Positions 37,075-49,554 of a stretch of DNA of 64,000 nt are shown piece after piece. Source of the stretch: Macrostomum hystrix (taxonomy: Eukaryota; Animalia; Platyhelminthes). Each line of letters begins with the position of its first letter. The first letter of the stretch is position 1. Under the pieces are notes generated by a model, which saw only the letters and a program-made list of their open reading frames with translations, made no database searches and had not been told where the DNA came from. The translations under genes and the position numbers were made by a program. The stretch covers positions 14,756,001 through 14,820,000 of the forward strand of contig CATNEN010000038.1 in assembly GCA_950097015.1 (NCBI GenBank), in the 5' to 3' direction.

Positions 37075-40000
37075 TTAAACAGCCAGGTCGCGTTTCAGTA
37101 GTTCGCTATCAGCTGGCAGGGCCGGGGTCAGGGCCACCTTTCTGAAGATGCTGCAAGTTTTAATGCCGGGGTCAGACTTAGAGTGGGGGGAGAAATAGAA
37201 TTGCTGAGAAATAGAACAGAGTGAGAAATAGAATGGAACGAAAAATAGAATGGATGAGAAATATAATGGGCGGGAAATGGAAAGAGGTGAGAAATATAAT
37301 GGGTCAGAAATAGAATGGGGTGAGAAATAGAATGGTTTGAGAAATAGAATGGGGTCAGAAATTGAATGGAGTGAGAAATAGAATGGGGTCAGAAATAAAA
37401 TATAGTGAGAAATAGAATGGAGTGAAAAATAGAATGGGGTTAGAAATAGAATGGGGTCAGAAATATAATTGGGTGATATTTAGAATGGGGTCAGAAATAG
37501 AATGGGTGATAAATAGAATCATGTGAGAAATAGAATAGATGAGAAAACGAAAAGAATGAGAATTGAATGCGTGAGAAATATTTTGTGATGAGAGATAGAC
37601 TGAGTGTAAAGTGGGTGAGATATCAGGATTTCAGGTGATTAAGATAGAGTTGTATGATGCGCTAGAGAAGTGGGTGATAATTGAAGAGAAGAACGGTGAG
37701 AATCATGCAGATGAATGAGAAATGATCTGGTATTGGCAAGAATCAACTCTATCACTCACGCATTGGAGTACTTTAGAAAGGTGGTACTCTGCTGCCGCTG
37801 GCCAATGGGAGCCAGCTGCTTAGCCGATATGGCATTAATCTGGCGCGCAATCGGCATTAATTGAGCCTCTGTCCAGGCTGTGCTGTAGCTCAGGTGCTCA
37901 GGCCAGGTGGGCTCCATGCCTAGCTGAGCTCTGGCTAACCAAAGCGAGGCGGCGGCTTTCGCACTCTCGCGCTCCATGTTGAGTTGATGATCTAGCAGGG
38001 TGAGCTCCAGTAGGTACCTGCCAGGTTTCAAACAGTTACTCAATCAGATGATAAATATAATAATTGATTACACCTGCCCCTATTGGATCAGATATGCAGC
38101 CGATAGCACAGCCGCAGCTATTGCGCGACGCATCTGAAAGCTGCGTACGGCTGTTCAGTCCATGGACTGGGGGGACGCCACACCCACCCTCAATTACCCC
38201 CAGCTAATGCTGATACCCAATTAACAGCTGGGTGAACTGAAGCAATGTCGTGTTAAGTGTCGTGTTAAAGGACAAATTTTTTTTCCAGTGGAGTCCGGAG
38301 TCGAACCCCCGACATTCAAGTCTTTCTGTTCAGTCCATAGAATGGCGGAATGCTGATTTAGGCGTCTTGCTAAAAGACACAAATTAAAGTCGGGAATCGA
38401 AGCCCCGACCTTCAAGTCATGAGTTCGGCGCTCCAACGACTAGGCTACAAGGCTCCAATTAAACGTGGGAATGGGATTTAAATTCTTAAGGCGCTATTCA
38501 GCCTGCGGCTCAGGTCCATGTAGATCAGCTTCACAGTCTAATGAATGAAGTCCCTAATAAATATTGCGGTCCTGAATAAAATAAGATAAAATCTGATTCA
38601 AACTGTTTTATTATGACATCATCCGGGGCCGGCTTAAATCAATACTATAATTATACTGTATTATCAAACTTATGTCCACTGCGTGACTAATAGACCAGAG
38701 TACTGAGTAGCATAGCAACCAGCTGGCCTACGATAATCGCAGAATTGACTCAATCTGGCACCCAAACTGCCAACTCAGATCAGACATTTTTGCTAATTAC
38801 TGTCATAATCCGAGCTCAACTGGGTGCGAGATAGGCATCAAGAACACAATTACCCTAATTTGAGGGATTTAAGAGTCTAAATCCCATGTTTAGGGATCTG
38901 AGTGTGCGAATCTAATTTTTGGGATTTGAGAGTAGAATTCTTTTTTTTGGGATTTAAGAGACGACATCCAATCACAGGGGGCTGAGTTAGGGAGGGGATT
39001 TTATGGAGCTGGTTTAACAGTTTGAATTCTATTTCAGGGTCGAGCTGGGAGTAGAAATCCAACTTTACTCAATAGGGAGCACAAATAAAATTTTTGGGAT
39101 TTGGAAGTCCAATTCCCATTTTAGGAATTTCAGACGCCTGTAATTTTATTACAAGGACTCAAGGAGACCAAATCTCAAAATTGATTATAAAATTAATGTC
39201 CACTGCGTGACTAATAGACCAGAGTACTGAGTAGCATAGCAACCAGCTGGCCTACGATAATCGCAGAATTGACTCAATCTGACACCCAAACTGCCAACTC
39301 AGATCAGACATTTTTGCTAATTACTGTCATAATCCGAGCTCAACTGGGTGCCAAAATAGTTTTATTCCAAAAAAATTAAACAGAAACAACAATTGTTTTC
39401 AAATCAAAAGTCGAACCTAGCCAGGTAGGACATGGCGTGATTGTCGTGATCCACAACGCGCAGATAGCGACGCAGAAAATTATAGGACAGCGGCCAGTTG
39501 ATGCGAAAGTCGATAGCAGCCAGAATCTGCTGCTCCATGGCCATCACTTGACGATTCGAGTAGGCGTCTAGAGTGAGTAGGGTCTGCGGAATAGGAAATA
39601 GTTTATTCAATGTCTGCTGATGCTGCTTTCAATGTTTAAACGGCTGGGTGAACTACTCAATCAATGAGGAATTAATGGTTTCGCCTTTTGGCTGGGAACG
39701 AACTCGTGACCTCTCGATAGACTACAAGCTCGCTATATTAGAAATGATAATTGCAGTCAAAGCTCGAATTTTTCAAGCATAAATAAGTCACACACACAGG
39801 CACACACTCGCAAATGTGTATACACCTGCCCGGAATTTCTTCTTTGTCAGACAGGCAGTGTATACTCTTCGCGGAATCGAGCTCGGGGACCTTGGTGCGA
39901 AGTTCCATTTGCGAACATTGAGCAATGCACTAAATTCCTCATTGCTTCAGTTAACCCAGAGTGACGTCACACACCCAGTCCATGGACTGAACAGCTGGTG

Positions 40001-41843
40001 TACACAGTCTTTAGAAGCGATCTGCTTTGCCAAAAAATAGACTGAAAAAGGCACAAAACTCACCAACTGTTTCAGCTGCACAGCGAATAACTCCTCCTTC
40101 TTAGTAGCAATCCACAGGCAAGCGATAGTTAATAGCTGCAGATTCTGCTTAGAGATACTACTCGGCCTGCGGCTCAGGTACATGTAGATCAGCTTCACAG
40201 TCAGGTAGAGAGTCTCATAATTGAGCTCTAGACTTTCGTGAGCGTTAACTAGCCAGTCGAGCAGCACCAGGACCATGTCCCAGCGTAGAGCTGCTGACGA
40301 GGAGCTCTGAGTAGACATCAGCGGCTGCTGCTGTAGAAAATCAATCAGTGGCAGGTCCCGCCTGAAAAAAATATATTTGCTTCTTATTTACGTAATGCAC
40401 CTGTACAAGCACCCACCCCAGTTGATAACAACGTAGCTAAAGTACTTAGGCAAACAGTGAGAGTACAATAATAATAATAATAATAATAATATTAATTGCA
40501 GGAAACCTGCGGGCAATGGCACATCATTTGGTGACACTAGACCCGCAACCAGCGAGGAGGCAATTCTGCCCATTTCGCTGACTCCTGAGCACACACGCAC
40601 ACAGATACTGTACGCAGACACACGCTCACACAGGTGTACATCTGCCCTGACTTTCTCATCGTCAGGCAGTGTACACTCTCACTGTGCCTTAGAGGTTGGC
40701 CCTCAAGGGCGTAAATTGCACGACAAGCCTTCAAGCCTTCTGTCTGCGGCTGCGCCCCAAATGAATGTGGCCTCGCCGTGGAATCGAACTTAGGGACCGT
40801 GGTGCGAGAGGCAAACGCGTTAACCTCTCTGCCACCGACCCCGGGGAGCACAATAATAATAATAATAATAGCAGGAGGGCTGCGGGCAATGGTACATCAT
40901 TTGGTGACTCTATAGACCCGCAGCCAGCGAGGAGGCAATTCTGCCCATTTCGCTGAGTCCTGAGCACACACGCACATCTACCCGGAATTTTTATTATCGT
41001 CAGGCAGTGCACATTTCACTGTGCCTTTGAGGTTGGCGAGTCTCAGGGGCGTAAATTGTACGACTAGCCCCCAAGCCTTCTCTACGCGGCTGCGCCTAAA
41101 ATGAATGTGACCACGCTGCGGAATCGAGCTCAGTGACCTTTAAAGCATTGACCGTGAAACCCATGAATGAAGTCAAATGTAAACCTGTAGTCCTCCTCCA
41201 AGTCCTGATCGATAAAGAACGACTCCAGCACGTAGGGATAGTGATCCAGATACTGACAGCTGCCGGTTAGCACTGCCAGCACACTGTCTCGTCCAGCCAG
41301 TTCCTTATAGAGAACCAGTGGAAGCTCTTCCCGGCGAGGCGGCGGAGGTGCCGATGCCAGTTCCTGACTAGCTCCGCTGCCAAATAGGCCGCCAATACCC
41401 AAATTGCTCTCCTGGCTCAGTTTTAAACCGTCGCCGTTGGCTAGATCCCGAGGCTGACGACTGGCGCCGGTGCGACGCGATTTCTTAACAACGGCCTCTT
41501 TGCCATCGGCGATTGCCACAGAACGACGCTTGGAGCCGCGACGCTGCTGTTTCTGATTATTCGTGACATTGCTTAGGCTGTTCAGAGCTTTGCGACCGGC
41601 GGCGGCGGCATCGTCAACAGCGGCTGCTCTGGCGCCAGCCGGGTTGGTAATCTCTGATGACAGGCGACGCTTTTGAGCACGAGTGAGTACGCTGGCATTC
41701 TCTAGATTTGCTAGATCAATAGCAGCTTGCTGCTGCTGCTGTTGCTGCTGTTTTAAAGGCTTCACGCCTCTGATAAGGGCCTGCAGAAATCCGCCACGCT
41801 TACCATGATTGTTTGTGACAGCTGTGGTAGTGGCTGCGGCCAT
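37075..41843 (-). CDS. CCNB3: Cyclin B3-like (divergent); exons 41843-41185, 40361-40064, 39583-39417, 38017-37760, 37150-37075
   Basis: D-box RKALNSLSN; cyclin box LLDWLV..LNYETLYLTVKL..LQLL..K.EE; B3-type PLSYNFLRRY and LARYLLELTL. Junctions are in phase; the exon-1 donor (gtttac) was inferred from phase. Confidence 0.85.
37190..37600. repeat. Degenerate ~19-bp repeat (gagaaatagaatggggt), cyclin intron 4
   Basis: Tandem copies. Confidence 0.85.
38055..38455 (-). mobile_element. CORE-like SINE family 1 with duplicated tRNA head
   Basis: Reverse complement of 288-592, with two B-box-containing head segments (~38295-38320 and ~38388-38455). Confidence 0.8.
38670..38827 (-). ncRNA. Candidate intronic H/ACA-like double-hairpin RNA, copy A
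   Basis: Two long hairpins on the host-gene strand, followed by ACA; near-identical copy at 39194-39352. Confidence 0.5.
39194..39352 (-). ncRNA. Candidate intronic H/ACA-like double-hairpin RNA, copy B
   Basis: Differs from copy A by a G-C to G-U change in the basal stem; flanks are unrelated to those of copy A. Confidence 0.5.
39790..40020. mobile_element. Degraded fragments of SINE families 2 (-) and 1 (+) in cyclin intron 2
   Basis: ggaatcgagctcggggaccttggtgcga (family 2) and ccagtccatggactgaacag (family 1). Confidence 0.6.
40470..40845 (-). mobile_element. Full-length SINE family 2
   Basis: tRNA-like head ggtcggtggcagagaggttaacgcg...agttcgattcc, shared body and (TTA)n tail. Confidence 0.88.
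40852..41140 (-). mobile_element. Second, 5'-truncated SINE family 2 copy in tandem
   Basis: Same body and tail as 40470-40845. Confidence 0.85.
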
Positions 41844-44394
41844 AACTTCTTAGTCTCTGATTTCTATCTGCTGTTGCTATGTGGATAGTGACTGGCTTGA
41901 ACTGGGCTTAGTGACAGAGAGTGCCAGGCCACTGGAATGACAGAATTAATTTTATAATGAGAAACTTGAAACAAATGCCTACTTGCTAGTTTTGATATTT
42001 TCTTTTGACATTGAAGGCTAATAAACAATGATTGATTATGTTTATGTAAGCAGCATGTAACATGCAATAGAATTTCAAATGGATTAATAAAATGTCAAAA
42101 TTGGCAACTTTTTTAAAACTACAAAATAAATGTAAATGTTTTCTAATTATTAGTTACTTTTGTCCCAACAATAATATTATCTTGATCTTAACTAATCTAA
42201 TTAATATATATATTAGAAAGAAAGCATTCTAATGAAAAAATAGCCCTTCTTTTATGCACTTCTTATTTCAATTCAAATTGGTAGCATTATGTATTCAATC
42301 TGGTAGCATTATATGGCAGATATTTATTGTCTTTATTTACTTTCACTTATAGCCTTGCTGTATTATTGCTGTAAGTACTCTTTATTGGTCTTTATCACTC
42401 TTTATCTGTCTTTATCACTATTCAATCAATCTTCAATTCAGTCTTCAGTCCGTCTTGGGCTTTACCTGTGGATCTAAGGTTACAGCTCTTCTTTCCCTAT
42501 ATTCACTTCTTTTCTTAGTATCTTTAAATTACTTTGAGACAAACACTTTCAATATTTCTTTATTCTGAACATGAATGTTTCAAAACATACAAGACATACA
42601 AAACATTGATTCTCTGCTTTCTCTTACTTGTGTATTTATACTGTTTTTCACTCCCCTTCTTCACTTCATTTTAACTGTTTATATTTTGGTGCATTCAGTG
42701 CATAAAAACAAATTTTGGTGTATTTTAACAAATCAAAGTGTATTTAAACAAAAATTATGGTATTTCTAAAAAATGCATGTAGCCCTATCTCATATAGCTA
42801 AAGCTACAGGGAATTGTTAATTTTTTTATTAAGTGATAGCTTAAAAATAATATTTAAGCTAGGCTTATATATATATATTAGCATAGTTAGCTATAGTATT
42901 AGTTTGTATTATACTTATGTCTTGGCCAATTGTTAAAATCCTATTCTGCATTTTTTGCAAAAAAATAGTTCATGGACATACACTGAAAATTATAAAACTT
43001 TTAGCTCAAAAGTATGACATGGCACAGAATATGTTGACCTTGCAGTCATTAGGCTAGTGACTATTCCAAAAGGTCATTCAATCCTATGGCTAGACCACAC
43101 TGCACTACAATGTGGTCTAGTGGTGTGATACCAGAAAACTTAGGTAATATGATTGACAGCTCAATGTAATTTTTTACTTATTACAGAGTCAATAGTGTTC
43201 TTACAGGGATTAAAAATGCATGAAAAGGAAACAGAAGCCATTAAATCCAAAAGGCCTATAAGTTACAGACCTAGCCTATATTAAGACTAGACCCTTATAC
43301 TAAGAGGAAGAGGGTAGCTAATAATGGTCGACAATACTACAACTAGGCCTAGCTAGCTGGCTAAGTAGGTCCCAGATGGAATCTAACTAGGCCTAATTTG
43401 CCAAAGCAATGCTTTATAGGTCTATACCTATGCCCTAGTTCTAACCTCAAAATTTACAAACCAGTTGGTAGCAAGGCTTTATGCTTTTAATTGGCCTTGT
43501 AGGATCAGGTACATCTAAAAATGACAGGCCTAGCTAAATAAATAAACTAGTAGCTTTTTAAATGCAACTCGCATAATCAGTGCCCAAGCAAGAATGTTTG
43601 CGTGGCTTTATTAGCCACGAAAGCCATGTCCCCAATAAGTTATAACCATAAAGTTAGTGCAAAGGTAGCGACAGCTTGATGTCCGCTTCGTTATGATATG
43701 CAAGCTAAGCATGCTTAGGCCGCCTAAGCTAACCGCAAAGCATTTAGGTTATCCTTGCCCTTAAAGGCAAAGAGCCGCAAAAATAGAATTAATTCCTTAA
43801 ATGGATAGTTTAAAAATATCCATGACTTAATGATTCAAACAATAAATGGTGGGTATAGTCAATAGACTATAGACTGGTCCTAGAGAGACAAGACAAAACG
43901 GGAAAGAAGGCAAGGTAACAAGCCAAAAGTAAAACGCTCAACTTGCACGCACTGCGGGCCCAATCACCAGAAAACAGTTTTTAAGTCTGCGCCATAAACC
44001 CGAAAAGAGATTGCAAAGTAAAACTTTATTTAGTATAGTTAAAAAATATTCGCCTGTCTCGTTTCACAAATATTTTTTGCTGCAATAAAACCATATATAA
44101 TTTTCAGAAATTAAGGGCTTCAAAAAGCATTCCGTACTTTCCTTTTGCCTTCCCATATCTATGAGATGAGCATTTCCAGTCGTGTATGCCTTAACGCCAT
44201 CGTGAAGGACTTAATCAATAGAGTTTGGTTTTAATAAAAAAAAATAAATAAAATTAATTAAATTTATCCAAAACAACAACAATATGAATATTATTGCATA
44301 AATTAATTGTAAAATGTTAATTCATAAATTACTTTTTTGAGTAAGGACAAACTGCTTTTGTAGAGAAGTCAGCGGACGGGAAGCAGCCTGCCTG

Positions 44395-44765
44395 CTTAGG
44401 AACGCGAGTGCGCGGCAATAATGGTGCGGGCGCTGTCTGCTTGCATTATATTGCGGTGCCGAGGCGACAGATGATTCTGCCAGGTGTCGATCAACTCGAG
44501 TGCGTGAGGGCAGATAATTGATGCGCCCTGCGTCTCGACGCCAAACGCAGGCCGAATTAGTCCTCGCGGATGCAAAGGTCGACCGGCATACTTGGCGGAC
44601 TTGCGCGCCTCGGCTGCTGCTGCGGCGGCACGAGGGGCGACAGCAGTGCGTGCAGGTGGCTTGGGGCGCAGATGTGAGTGACTGTCGCGTCCCAGGCAAA
44701 CGGCAGACCCACTCGAACACCGCCAGTGACGCCGTCGAACCGCGGCGGGAGTCCCTCCGAACGTT
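44395..44765 (-). pseudogene. Degenerate C-terminal remnant of a CRE/R2-type non-LTR retrotransposon (REL endonuclease region)
   Basis: RFDG...LPFAWDATVTHICAPSHL, then after a frameshift AAAAAEARKSAKYA...AFGVETQG. Confidence 0.65.
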
Positions 44766-44904
44766 TAAAAAGTTCTGAGAACATTATGCTCAGCGCTGTA
44801 TATACAGTATACGTACAGTGCGGTATGTTAATTATTTGCAGCAAAATTAAGAGTAAAGTTGCTAAAACAATGGAAGAAATGTGCACAAAGAGATCGAGAG
44901 TTTG

Positions 44905-45212
44905 AGATAGAGCGTCGGACTCACGACTTGAAGGTCGAGGGTTCGATTCCCGACTCCACTGGAACAATTTGTGTCATTTAGCAAGAAACTTCACTTTGCA
45001 TTGCTACAGTTCACCCAGCTGTTAAATGGGTACCAGTATCAGCTGGGATAACTGAAGGTGGGTGTGGCGTCCCCCCAGTCCATGGACTGAACAGACTTAC
45101 ACAGTCTTCAGATGCGCCACGCAATCTGAAGATGAGCCGCATAGCTGCGGCTGTGCAGTGGGCTGCACATCTGGCCAAATTGGGGCTGGTGTAATCTGCA
45201 ATTATTATTATC
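44905..45212 (+). mobile_element. CORE-like SINE family 1, 5'-eroded
   Basis: High identity to 310-592. Confidence 0.85.
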
Positions 45213-46030
45213 ATACGCACATATCTGTTTGCATATTTGAAAGACTGCTTTACTCTACCCAATGCAGCTGCATGTTGTGGCAATTTTTTCTTCAACTCAA
45301 GCTAGAAATATACCGGTGAACAGAGCTTCAAGCTGTACAATAATTTGGGTTGTAAAAAGCTAAGTACACTTGTATTTCTGCATACAGCCATTGATGCAAA
45401 TTCTAAATGAATAGGTCGCTATCCGCAGAATGAGTTACAGGCTTATTGGTGAGTGTACAATTGTGTAGCGTTCTAATTATAGCAATTCTGGCGTCAAGTT
45501 TAAAAATAATTCTGGGTTTGTATTAGACACTAACAGAGGGAACGCGGGTCGTCTAAATGCTTGCGATTGCAATCTGCTGCCGTGTTTAAAAAGACCTAAA
45601 TAGGAGCCGTGTCATATACTCACGAAAAGTCTTATAAGAAAACGAAGCCTAAATTGGAAGTTCAAGTCTGCCCCCTGTTATATTATTATAATACAGACCA
45701 ATTACAAGGCATGAGTTCAGAGGACGTACAAGACAAGGTAAGCTGAAACCACTGAATATATATATTTAAATAGATTCTGTAGATTTATATGGAACTAGCT
45801 TTTTTTGCCCGTTGTTTCTGGGGCAGAAATTTAAAGCAAAGCAGTAAGCAATTCACGTCTCTGTATTAACTTTATAGTGAAGGTCACCATATATTCATTT
45901 ACTGCATTAATGAAAAGTGAAGAGTTTGTTTAAGGCGTTTTAAGTAAAAAATAAGTGAAAAGTTTGTCCAAACAGCCCCCTCTTGATTACTTCTTTAGAA
46001 ACATGTCTCTTAGCCACTCCTCTATACAGT

Positions 46031-46304
46031 CAGTGGCAGATCCAGCAATTTTGTTTTGGGGCGGTCTGTCAGGGGAGCGCCATGAGAATCACAGAGTGGG
46101 TGCCAGCGGCCGAAAAAGGGCGCCAGGAGCCAAGAAAGGGCGCCAGCGGCTGAAAAACGGGAGCCAGCGGCTGAAAAAGGGGCGCCAGCGGCCGAAAAGG
46201 GGCGCCAGTGCTGCGACTGGCGCCCCTGGTGGGGGCATCTTATTCCCATGATTAAAATTTATGGGGGCGACTGCCCCCCCGCCCCCCCCCTAAATCTGCC
46301 TCTG
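46031..46304. mobile_element. hAT-type MITE nested in the Helitron
   Basis: TIR cagtggcagat/atctgcctctg; 8-bp TSD tatacagt at 46023-46030 and 46305-46312. Confidence 0.85.
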
Positions 46305-46456
46305 TATACAGTATGCATGTACACGCGTATACATAAGGAAAATAGCCATGGCATAACAATAACAATGTCAAAGAAACAAAATTAAACTGGTTCAGAGTTC
46401 AGAGTTAGACAGGTCAAGGTCAATTCGTGACTACTTTTCTATTAATTGCTTGCGAG

Positions 46457-47420
46457 TCACCTCAAGGCCTGGGGATACACCACATTCTTCGTTCTTCCCC
46501 TTGGTGCGAAAATGAATAGGCCAGCTGGAGTTCCAACACGGGAGCAGGCGACATAAAGCTGCCCATGCGAGAAGCAAGGAGTCTCCAGGTTGATGCCAGC
46601 TACCTTCAGCGACTGTCCCTGAGCCTTGTTAATAGTCATCGCAAAGCACACTCTCACAGGGAACTGCAGTCGCTTGAACTGAAATGGCAGGTCCGTGGGG
46701 ATAATTGGAATCCGGGGAACGAACACAGACTCTCCTCTGCCAGATCCAGTCATTATCGTGGCCTCAATCACGTGTGGGAAGAGCCGCCTGACTATCAGTC
46801 TGGTGCCGTTACACAGCCTTGGCGCATTCAGGTTGCGGAGGAGCATAATTGGTGCCCCAACTTTCAGCTGCAAGTTGTGCGATGGAGTTCCAGGAGGATC
46901 TAGAGAGTTCAGAAACTCAACAGGATACTCCACAGCGGTGTCATCAGTCAACGTTGTATCAATTGACTTGTAGGTGAAAACTGCACCTGGCAACTCCTGA
47001 AGCAGTTGGTAGTTAATTTCGTTGGCGGCATCATTTCTAGGACACAGAATTGCCCTCTCTGACAGCCAGTCAACGTCAGCATATCGAACCATCAGGTTCG
47101 GGTAAACTTTTGCCTTGAGCTCCTGCACTGACTGCACAATGGTTCCGATTGTAGCGATCGATGACTGCCCATCCTCGGTGCTAATCTCCAGCAGACCATT
47201 GCCGATTCGCAATAGATTGGCAGAGAACTCATGAGCTGTTTAGTCTCCTTGAATTGTAGCTCTCATGTTTGTTCGTAGGTGCAACTTCACAACCGATGGC
47301 CACAGGTGAGATGATTTTAGGCAAGCATTAATCTCATCAGCAGGAGTGCCACGCGGAATCACAGGCAGCGTCTGTCTAAAGTCTCCAGACAGCAGCAGAG
47401 TGACACCACCCATCAGTTGA
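46457..47420 (-). pseudogene. Helitron PIF1-family helicase C-terminal half, disrupted
   Basis: GDFRQTLPV, LCNGTR, FAMTINKAQGQSL and HGQLYVACSR. In-frame stop at 47240-47242; Rep and N-terminal parts absent. Confidence 0.9.
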
Positions 47421-48179
47421 TCGCCAGCCTCTCTCTTTCTTCTATCCCAGGCTGGCTGGAGAGAAATATCGCCCTGCGCACTGGGACGCCACCGCACTCA
47501 CCGCACTCAGTCTCAGTGCTGCTTGGGGGCCAGTAGACAGTCTAGGGGTTTGGGCTGTGTACATTCACGGCTTGAAATACAATGTACAGTCTGGGGCTTC
47601 GGCGCCCGGGGAAGGGAGGGGGTGGCTGTAATAAAATTTGGCCCGCAGAGTGGCGGAGGGGAGTTGGGGGTGGCTGTCCTCGGAAAACAAAAAGTGACTC
47701 ACTTTGAGATGATGCAGCTTTGCTCTGGATTGAGTAGAGATGTTCAAAATTGACAGCATTGTTGTAAAACATGTAAAGTGTAAGTGGATCAAATTTGGAG
47801 AAAATCTGACAAAGTGGGGCGACGATATGTCGAATTGAGTGATTTTTTGACGATTTTTGAGCAGTTTTTTGCACTTTTGAGCAGGAAGGAAATGATTTTT
47901 CGGGAATTTGAGTAGCCTATTGCACTCAGCGTAGGTGGTTTTAGGTATGTGCAAAGTTTGGTGCGATTTGGTTGAGCGGTTTCGGCGTCTATAAAGACAA
48001 AAGGTTGCACACACACAGACAGACACACACACACACAGACAGAGTTTTCACTTTTATATATATAGATTTAACTGGCCTAATTAAGCCAGACATGTACCGA
48101 TAAATACTAAATAATCCGTGGACGTAATTTAGTGCACTGGTGTCCAACTAATTTTCTTCAAACCATTTCTTCCTCCTGA

Positions 48180-49500
48180 CACTTTGACGTCCAATCACAT
48201 CGACACCCAACCACATCAACACCCAAACACATAGACATCTAACCACTTCGACACCCAAACACTTCGACACCCAACCACTTCGAGACACAACCACATCGAC
48301 ATGCACCCAATCAAATCCACACCCAACCACATCGACACCCAACCACATCGACACCCAAACACATCAACACCCAAACACATAGACATCCAACCGCTTCAAC
48401 ATCCAACCACATCGTAATCAAACGCTTCAACATCCAACCACATCGTAATCAAACCACTTCGACATCCAAACACATCGACATCCAACCACATCGTAATCAA
48501 ACCACTTCGACATCCAACCACATCGTAATCAAACCACATCGTAATCAAACCACATCGTAATCAAACCACATCGTAATCAAACCACATCGTAATCAAACCA
48601 CATCGACATCAAACCACTTCGACATCAAACCACTTCGACATCAAACCACTTCGACATCCAACCACTTCGACATCAAACCACTTCGACATCAAACCACTTC
48701 GACATCAAACCACTTCGACATCAAACCACTTCGACATCAAACCACTTCGACATCAAACCACTTCGACATCAAACCACTTCGACATCAAACCACTTCGACA
48801 TCAAACCACTACGACATCAAACCACTTCGACATCAAACCACTTCGACATCAAACCACTACGACATCAAACCACTTCGACATCAAACCACTTCGACATCAA
48901 ACCACTTCGACATCAAACCACTTCGACATCAAACCACTTCGACATCAAACCACTTCGACATCAAACCACTTCGACATCAAACCACTTCGACATCAAACCA
49001 CTTCGACATCAAACCACTTCGACATCAAACCACTACGACATCAAACCACTTCGACATCAAACCACTTCGACATCAAACCACTTCGACATCCAATCACTTC
49101 GACATCAAACCACTTCGACATCAAACCACTTCGACATCAAACCACTTCGACATCAAACCACTACGACATCAAACCACTTCGACATCAAACCACTTCGACA
49201 TCAAACCACTTCGACATCCAACCACTTCGACATCAAACCACTTCGACATCAAACCACTTCGACATCAAACCACTTCGACATCAAACCACTTCGACATCAA
49301 ACCACTTCGACATCAAACCACTTTGACATCCAACCACTTCGACATCAAACCACTTCGACATCAAACCACTTCGACATCCCATCACATTGTAATTTCAACA
49401 TCAGCATCGAACCACATCGTAATGAAACCACTTTGACACCCAACCACATTGTAATCAAGCAACTTCGACATCCAATGTACCACATCGTAATCCAACCAAA
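48180..49500. repeat. 16-bp minisatellite (aaaccacttcgacatc)
   Basis: Tandem copies. Confidence 0.95.
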
Positions 49501-49554
49501 AATGACAGATTAAGCACTTTGATGCAACTAACCAACTTTGGTCTGCGGCGTCAG

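Larger units (their letters stand above)
45795..48066 (-). mobile_element. Non-autonomous, internally deleted Helitron with both termini
   Basis: On the minus strand: 5' A|TCtatatatataaaag followed by a TG/TCTG microsatellite; 3' GCCC..GGGC hairpin then CTAG|T; PIF1-like helicase remnant inside. Confidence 0.85.

Noticed and set aside
38775-38810. SECIS element within the double-hairpin unit (AUGA-11 nt-AA...GA)
   Set aside because: The 3' arm is too short for helix II, it is intronic, and no selenoprotein is nearby.
46457-47212. Host PIF1 helicase gene
   Set aside because: Intronless, truncated, has an in-frame stop upstream and is enclosed by Helitron termini.
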